Shown piece after piece: positions 58,885 through 64,000 of a DNA stretch of 64,000 nucleotides (position 1 is the first letter of the stretch; every line of letters starts with the position of its first letter). Position numbers and translations under genes: made by a program. Where the stretch lies: the NCBI GenBank assembly GCA_963787835.1, contig CAWBEI010000006.1, forward strand, positions 96,001-160,000, in the 5' to 3' direction. The notes beneath the pieces are model-generated. The model did no database searches. It saw nothing but the letters and a program-made list of their open reading frames with translations, and had not been told where the DNA came from. The DNA is from Ignavibacteriota bacterium. GTDB lineage: Bacteria; Bacteroidota; Ignavibacteria; Palsa-1295.

Positions 58885-61668
58885 TTATCTCGCACCTGCC
58901 ATCGCCGCACCCAGTTTGCGTTTCACTTCGACGATCTTGTATGCCTCGATGATATCTCCCACTTTTACATCGTTGAAGTTTTCAAGTCCAATGCCGCACT
59001 CGTAGCCCGTTTCTACTTCGCGGACATCATCCTTGAAGCGCCGAAGCGATGAGATGCCTCCGGAAAATACTTCCATCCCATCGCGCAACAGCCGAACCCT
59101 GTTATTACGCATGATCTTTCCATCTACTACGTAACAACCTGCGATAGTACCGGCTTTAGGAACCTTGAAAATGTCGCGAACTTCCACGGTCGCAGTGACT
59201 TCTTCTTTCTCTTCCGGAGAAAGCAAGCCTTCAAGAGCGTCCCGCACTTCGTTGATACAGTCGTAGATAACACTGTAGAGCCGAACCTCGACATGCTCGA
59301 CGGCCGCCAATTTACGCGCAGCTAAGTTCGGATGCACATGGAATCCAAGGATGATTGCTCCCGATGCAGCAGCAAGCTGAACATCGTTCTCTGTTATGGC
59401 GCCGACTGCACGGTGAACCATTTCTACTTTAACTTCTGGCGTCGAAAGCCGCAACAGTGAATCCGCAAGTGCTTCGACAGAACCATCGACATCGCCTTTT
59501 AGTATAAGGCGAAGATGTTGCACGCCGCCTTGCTTGATCTGCGCGCTAATATCATCAAGCGTAATAAAGCGGACTTGTTTGAAATCCTGCTCGCGTTTCA
59601 ATTGCTGGCGGCGAGAAGAAATTTCCTTCGCCTCAGAGTCGGAAGCAAGCACGATAAATTGATCCCCTGCTGCGGGAATACCATCGAAGCCAAGAATCTG
59701 AACCGGGGCAGATGGGCCGGCTACTTCTACCTTTTGCCCCCGTTCATCGAACATGGCTCGAACTCGACCGGAATACACGCCAGCAAGGAACGGTTCCCCC
59801 AAGCGGAGCGTCCCTTTCTGGACGAGCACGGTTGCCTGAATTCCACGTCCACGATCGACTTCCGCTTCGATGATAACCCCGCGAGCGCCTCGATCCGGAT
59901 TGGCTTTCAGATCCAAGATCTCTGCTTCCAGTGCAATGCGATCGAGTAATCCATCGACATTCTTACCAGTTCGCGCCGAAACTTCGACGGAACCATATTT
60001 TCCACCCCATTCTTCCACGAGAATGTTCCTATCGGCAAGCTGCTGACGGATGCGATCGGCATTTGACTCGGGGCGATCGATCTTATTCAATGCGAAGATG
60101 ATCGGCACGCTGGCCGCCTGGGCATGTGCAATAGCTTCCCAGGTCTGAGGCATTACGCTGTCGTCGGCCGCAATGACGACAACCGCAATATCGGTTACCT
60201 GCGCACCACGGGCACGCATGGCAGTGAATGCCTCGTGACCGGGTGTATCAAGGAACGTGATCGGCCTCCGGCCTGGAGCAGTGACCTCATACGCACCGAT
60301 GTGCTGAGTGATCCCTCCGGATTCTCCCGCCACGACGTTCGCTTTTCGAATATAATCAAGTAGCGAAGTCTTGCCATGATCGACGTGTCCCATGATGGTT
60401 ACCACCGGCGCTCTCGATTTCAAGCTATCAGGTTCATCTGGAATATCCTGAAGTGCATCGGTCGTGAATTCTTCCTGGAACTCAACAGCATATCCAAATT
60501 CATCGGCAACAAGCTGTATGGTATCCTTTTCCAAACGCTGGTTGATCGAAACCATGAGGCCAAGCGCGATACATTTTGAAATGATCTCACCTACAGACAC
60601 ATTCATCAGATTCGCTAGTTCATTCGCCGTGAGGAACTCCGTCGCACGAATGATCGCTCGCTCGCGCTCTGTCGTTTCCGCTGTTATGCGTTCTGCCTCT
60701 TCGGCGCGTTCACTTCGGCGCATTCGCCGCGACTTAGCACGGCGCGCTGTTGTGCTCGTTTCTTCGATCCCGGCAAGCGTGCGTCGAACAGCATCCTTTA
60801 CGTCACGGACATCGACGTTCTTATCTTTCCCACGCCGTGGTTTGATCTCAAGCTCCGCTTCTCCCGGTTTCTTGACGTGTTCGTGTTTTGCAACAAGCCC
60901 TTGAATCCGAGTCCGTAGCTTACTCTCGCCCTGTTGAGGTCGCCCCTCGGTCTGGGGAGCAGATTTGGGTGCAAGATCGATCTTGCCTTTGATCTTGAGA
61001 CCCGGTAATGCTACACGAAGATCCACCGGTTCGCCCGTGGCAATGACGGTCTTTCGCTTATATTTTCTCCGAAGTCCATGTTTCTGCTCAATCTCTGCTT
61101 CGACCGGTGGTACCTCGGGCACTATTTCCGGTGTCGGTTCGACGACGGCTTCGGGTTCAATAACTTCTGGAACGGGTTCTGGCGCTACCTCCACTTCTGA
61201 AAGGGTGGGCGCGGCTTCCATTTCGTCAGGCGGAGCGGGCGGGAGTTCAACAGGCTCAGCCTCGCTAACGACCGGCGTCGGCTCAATAACAATGGGAGCA
61301 ACGACTGGTGCGACTGGAGCTGGTATTTCGACCGGACGCTCCTCCACGACACGTTGATCTGAATGGGGGCGCTGCTCGGGATGGTCTTCTAAATAGTCCT
61401 CGTGGGTTTTGGCTCGTTTTTCCTTGAAGGCAGCAACTTTCTTCTGGCGTTTTTGTGCAACGTCCTTTTCTTTGCCGAATTGCTTCATGACGGCATCGAG
61501 CGCATCCGGCTCGATCTTCGACATGATCGACTTGACCCCTGTGAATCCCTTTTTTTGCAGGAATTCGATCAGCGTATCATGCGATACATTTATCTCCGTC
61601 GCAAGCGTTCGAACCGTTATTTTTTTCGCTGCTTCCGAGGCAGCCGTCGTTGTTGCTGTATCTGTCAT
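58885..61668 (-). CDS. infB: Translation initiation factor IF-2
   Basis: GHVDHGKTSLLD, GGITQHIGAY, DTPGHEAF, NKID; ATG at 61668 preceded by AGGAGAG. Confidence 0.97.
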   Translation of the reverse strand: MTDTATTTAASEAAKKITVRTLATEINVSHDTLIEFLQKKGFTGVKSIMSKIEPDALDAVMKQFGKEKDVAQKRQKKVAAFKEKRAKTHEDYLEDHPEQRPHSDQRVVEERPVEIPAPVAPVVAPIVIEPTPVVSEAEPVELPPAPPDEMEAAPTLSEVEVAPEPVPEVIEPEAVVEPTPEIVPEVPPVEAEIEQKHGLRRKYKRKTVIATGEPVDLRVALPGLKIKGKIDLAPKSAPQTEGRPQQGESKLRTRIQGLVAKHEHVKKPGEAELEIKPRRGKDKNVDVRDVKDAVRRTLAGIEETSTTARRAKSRRMRRSERAEEAERITAETTERERAIIRATEFLTANELANLMNVSVGEIISKCIALGLMVSINQRLEKDTIQLVADEFGYAVEFQEEFTTDALQDIPDEPDSLKSRAPVVTIMGHVDHGKTSLLDYIRKANVVAGESGGITQHIGAYEVTAPGRRPITFLDTPGHEAFTAMRARGAQVTDIAVVVIAADDSVMPQTWEAIAHAQAASVPIIFALNKIDRPESNADRIRQQLADRNILVEEWGGKYGSVEVSARTGKNVDGLLDRIALEAEILDLKANPDRGARGVIIEAEVDRGRGIQATVLVQKGTLRLGEPFLAGVYSGRVRAMFDERGQKVEVAGPSAPVQILGFDGIPAAGDQFIVLASDSEAKEISSRRQQLKREQDFKQVRFITLDDISAQIKQGGVQHLRLILKGDVDGSVEALADSLLRLSTPEVKVEMVHRAVGAITENDVQLAAASGAIILGFHVHPNLAARKLAAVEHVEVRLYSVIYDCINEVRDALEGLLSPEEKEEVTATVEVRDIFKVPKAGTIAGCYVVDGKIMRNNRVRLLRDGMEVFSGGISSLRRFKDDVREVETGYECGIGLENFNDVKVGDIIEAYKIVEVKRKLGAAMAGAR

Positions 61669-61903
61669 TACTCTCCTATGGGCAAAACACGAAGGTGCGC
61701 AATGCACTCGCCGTATTCTGCGATGAATGGTCGAACTCGTTAACCCATTCATCGCGGGGAACTGCCCCAGGAATGAGCTAACTCATATCGACCGATGCGA
61801 ATAAGCCACGCAGACTGGCACAGCCATTCTGTAATGGCAAACCATCCGCGCATGGCCCCGCGACTGACCGGCTGTTTCGATGCCGGATCATCAACGTACC
61901 GTC

Positions 61904-63325
61904 TTATTCATTGTTCACACTTTCTTCAGCGGCAGGTTCCGCAACCGCACTGGCTGCATGCCCATCCGTGCTTGGTTCCAATTCATGTGCTGTTCCTGTT
62001 TCGTCTTCACTGCGGTCTGCCGTTTGGCCCGGACGCAATGTTGTCAGAGAAACACCCGCTTTCTCAGCAGAGCTGGAAAGCAGTTCGTCAGCTTGTGCAA
62101 ATTCTTGTTCAAGAATTCTGCGAATATCTTCTAAACGCTGAGGAGTCATTCCAGTCACACGCAACAACGTTTCGCGTGGAGTGGAAAGGAATTCCTTCGC
62201 GGTGTCGATCCGTGCACGGATGAGTTCGCCATAAAGCTCAGCGCCGATCTCATCGCGGAAGTCGATAAGTTCAATGTCCTCCTCATCACGGGCTTCCTTG
62301 ACAAGATTGATCTGATAACCCGTCAACTTTGATGCAAGGCGAACGTTCTGCCCTTGTTTGCCAATAGCAAGCGAAACCTGATCGTCGCTGACGAGCACCG
62401 TAGCAGTCTTCGACTCTTCGTTTAACTCTACTTCAATAAGCTTCGCCGGAGAAAGCGCGCGTCCTAAGAATTGTACAGGATCCGACGTCCACGGAATAAT
62501 ATCTATATTCTCATTAGCCAACTCACGAACGATCGAATGAATGCGTACGCCTTTCATTCCCACACATGCGCCAACCGGATCGACGCGGTCATCGGTAGTT
62601 TCGACTGCTACTTTAGCGCGCTCTCCTGGCTCACGGGCTACACCCTTGATGAGGATAATTCCATCGAAAATTTCTGGAATTTCGATTTCCATTAAGCGCT
62701 CGAGGAAGCGCGGATCGGTGCGTGACAGGATAACAACTGGTGTTGCAGTTGGTCCGCCACGGCGCACATCTTTTACGATAGCGCGAATGGTATCGCCTTT
62801 GCGCCAGCGCTCGCGCTGGATCTGCTCCATTTTGGGAAGCAAAAGCTCGCGGCGATTGTGAATGATGAAAAGATCACCCTGACGTATCTGATACACCTCT
62901 CCAACAATGATCTCGCCAATAAGCTGAGAATACTCGTTGAAAAGATTATCCTTTTCGATGTCACGGATGCGTTGATTGAGATTTTGCTTTGCAGTGACGA
63001 TCAGCCTGCGGCCAAAATCCTTCCCCATATTGATGATCTCAACATACTCATCACCGGGTTCAAGTTCTTCGCCGGATTTTGCGTAGGCATCCGCAGGCGT
63101 AATCTCCAGCGCAGGGTTTTCCACTTTCTCGGCGACCGTTTTTTCAAGATAGATCTCGATGTCGCCTTTGTCCATATTCATGACAAGGTCAAACTTTGCG
63201 TCCATGCCGTATTTCTTACGGATCATCATGGCAAAGGTCTCCTCGATCACGGACATAAGAATATCCCGATCAATGCCTTTTTCACGGACCATATCCGCGA
63301 AAGATTCTACAATAAGTGGATTCAA
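61904..63325 (-). CDS. nusA: Transcription termination/antitermination factor NusA
   Basis: EIPEIFDG, AREPGERAKVAV, DPVGACVGMKG, SLAIGKQGQNVRLASKLTG; TTG start. Confidence 0.97.
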   Translation of the reverse strand: MNPLIVESFADMVREKGIDRDILMSVIEETFAMMIRKKYGMDAKFDLVMNMDKGDIEIYLEKTVAEKVENPALEITPADAYAKSGEELEPGDEYVEIINMGKDFGRRLIVTAKQNLNQRIRDIEKDNLFNEYSQLIGEIIVGEVYQIRQGDLFIIHNRRELLLPKMEQIQRERWRKGDTIRAIVKDVRRGGPTATPVVILSRTDPRFLERLMEIEIPEIFDGIILIKGVAREPGERAKVAVETTDDRVDPVGACVGMKGVRIHSIVRELANENIDIIPWTSDPVQFLGRALSPAKLIEVELNEESKTATVLVSDDQVSLAIGKQGQNVRLASKLTGYQINLVKEARDEEDIELIDFRDEIGAELYGELIRARIDTAKEFLSTPRETLLRVTGMTPQRLEDIRRILEQEFAQADELLSSSAEKAGVSLTTLRPGQTADRSEDETGTAHELEPSTDGHAASAVAEPAAEESVNNE

Positions 63326-63335
63326 ATCAAGTAAA

Positions 63336-63358
63336 AATTAAGAATTGAGAATTAAGAG
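63336..63358. repeat. Heptamer tandem repeat (AATTRAG)n
   Basis: AATTAAGAATTGAGAATTAAGAG immediately upstream of nusA. Confidence 0.6.
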
Positions 63359-63430
63359 CATATCGTGCTTCTCTAACAATGAAACCAATAAGGGTTCCAT
63401 TTTGACAGATTCTACCCGAAATTCCTAATT

Positions 63431-63464
63431 AAAAAGCCCGTCTCCCGGTTGTCCAGAAGCGGGC
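63431..63464 (-). terminator. Rho-independent terminator after the VOC gene
   Basis: Minus strand GCCCGCTTCTGG...GGGAGACGGGC followed by TTTTT. Confidence 0.65.
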
Positions 63465-63521
63465 AGTTTCAGTGTGATAAGGAACACCGATGCCTTTAAG
63501 AAGATTCAAAATGCTGAAATT

Positions 63522-63944
63522 CTACCGCAGACTCACATTTCCCTTCTCATCTAATTTCCAGAATGGATTAAACGCAACTTCCCATAAATAACCGTCGGGG
63601 TCTGCAAAATAGCCGGAATAACCGCCCCAAAATACTTTCTCTGCCGGCTTTACGATCCTCGCACCGACTCTCTCGACCTTAGCTATGACTTCATCGACCT
63701 CTTGCTCCGTTCGAGCACAATATGCAACGGTAAAGCCTGGAAATCCGCTTCCAGCGGGCTCGACGGTGGCATCCTTCGCAAGCTCGTCTTTTGGAAAGAG
63801 CGCGAAGATCATCCCGCTTAGTTGGAAAAAAACAATTCCCTCATTTTCAGTGCGGGCTTCCCATCCTAATCCATCGCGGTAAAATTTCAGGGATTCTTCA
63901 AGGTTTTTGACGCCGAGGGTAATAACGCTAAGTCTTTGCTCCAC
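63522..63944 (-). CDS. VOC/glyoxalase family protein
   Basis: ITLGV.NL..S..FY..GLGW, FWGGYSGYFADPDGYLWEVA. Confidence 0.9.
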   Translation of the reverse strand: MEQRLSVITLGVKNLEESLKFYRDGLGWEARTENEGIVFFQLSGMIFALFPKDELAKDATVEPAGSGFPGFTVAYCARTEQEVDEVIAKVERVGARIVKPAEKVFWGGYSGYFADPDGYLWEVAFNPFWKLDEKGNVSLR

Positions 63945-64000
63945 AATAGATTCCTTCTAATAATTAATATCGTTTTTAGTGCAATTCCGGCTTTTCGCTT

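Noticed and set aside
61100-61350. Pro/Glu/Val-rich repeats in infB as a novel insertion
   Set aside because: Low-complexity N-terminal linkers are normal for IF-2

Overview
A 64-kb bacterial chromosomal segment from the FCB superphylum. Type IX secretion C-terminal domains, TAnnTTTG promoter boxes, frequent TTG/GTG starts and dense D-S/T O-glycosylation motifs suggest a Bacteroidota/Ignavibacteria/Kapabacteria-like organism (inference). Housekeeping content: accB-accC-gcvH-guaA, pstB-phoU divergent from phoB-phoR, secD-secF, tRNA-Ala(CGC)-def, and nusA-infB separated by about 22.5 kb from rbfA-truB-ribF. A surface-polysaccharide locus is split into a minus-strand biosynthesis operon (21.6-33.3 kb) and a plus-strand export/flippase operon (42.6-48.4 kb). 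Mobile and repeat content: a REP-flanked RAYT transposase, several REP/REPIN and dRS3-like palindrome families, heptamer and nonamer repeat arms, and a DUF433/DUF5615 toxin-antitoxin pair inside the polysaccharide operon, flanked by a duplicated gene end. Best novelty candidates: (1) a T9SS-secreted 1598-aa subtilase preceded by a separate gene encoding a stand-alone copy of its own prodomain with its own secretion signal, a putative protease/inhibitor or chaperone pair; (2) an unannotated multi-hairpin RNA with a possible kissing loop, convergent with an NYN-domain gene; (3) the repeat-laden TA insertion, which also leaves the neighbouring acetyltransferase gene with its nearest upstream ATG one base out of frame. 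All functional calls come from motif recognition by eye; no searches were run.
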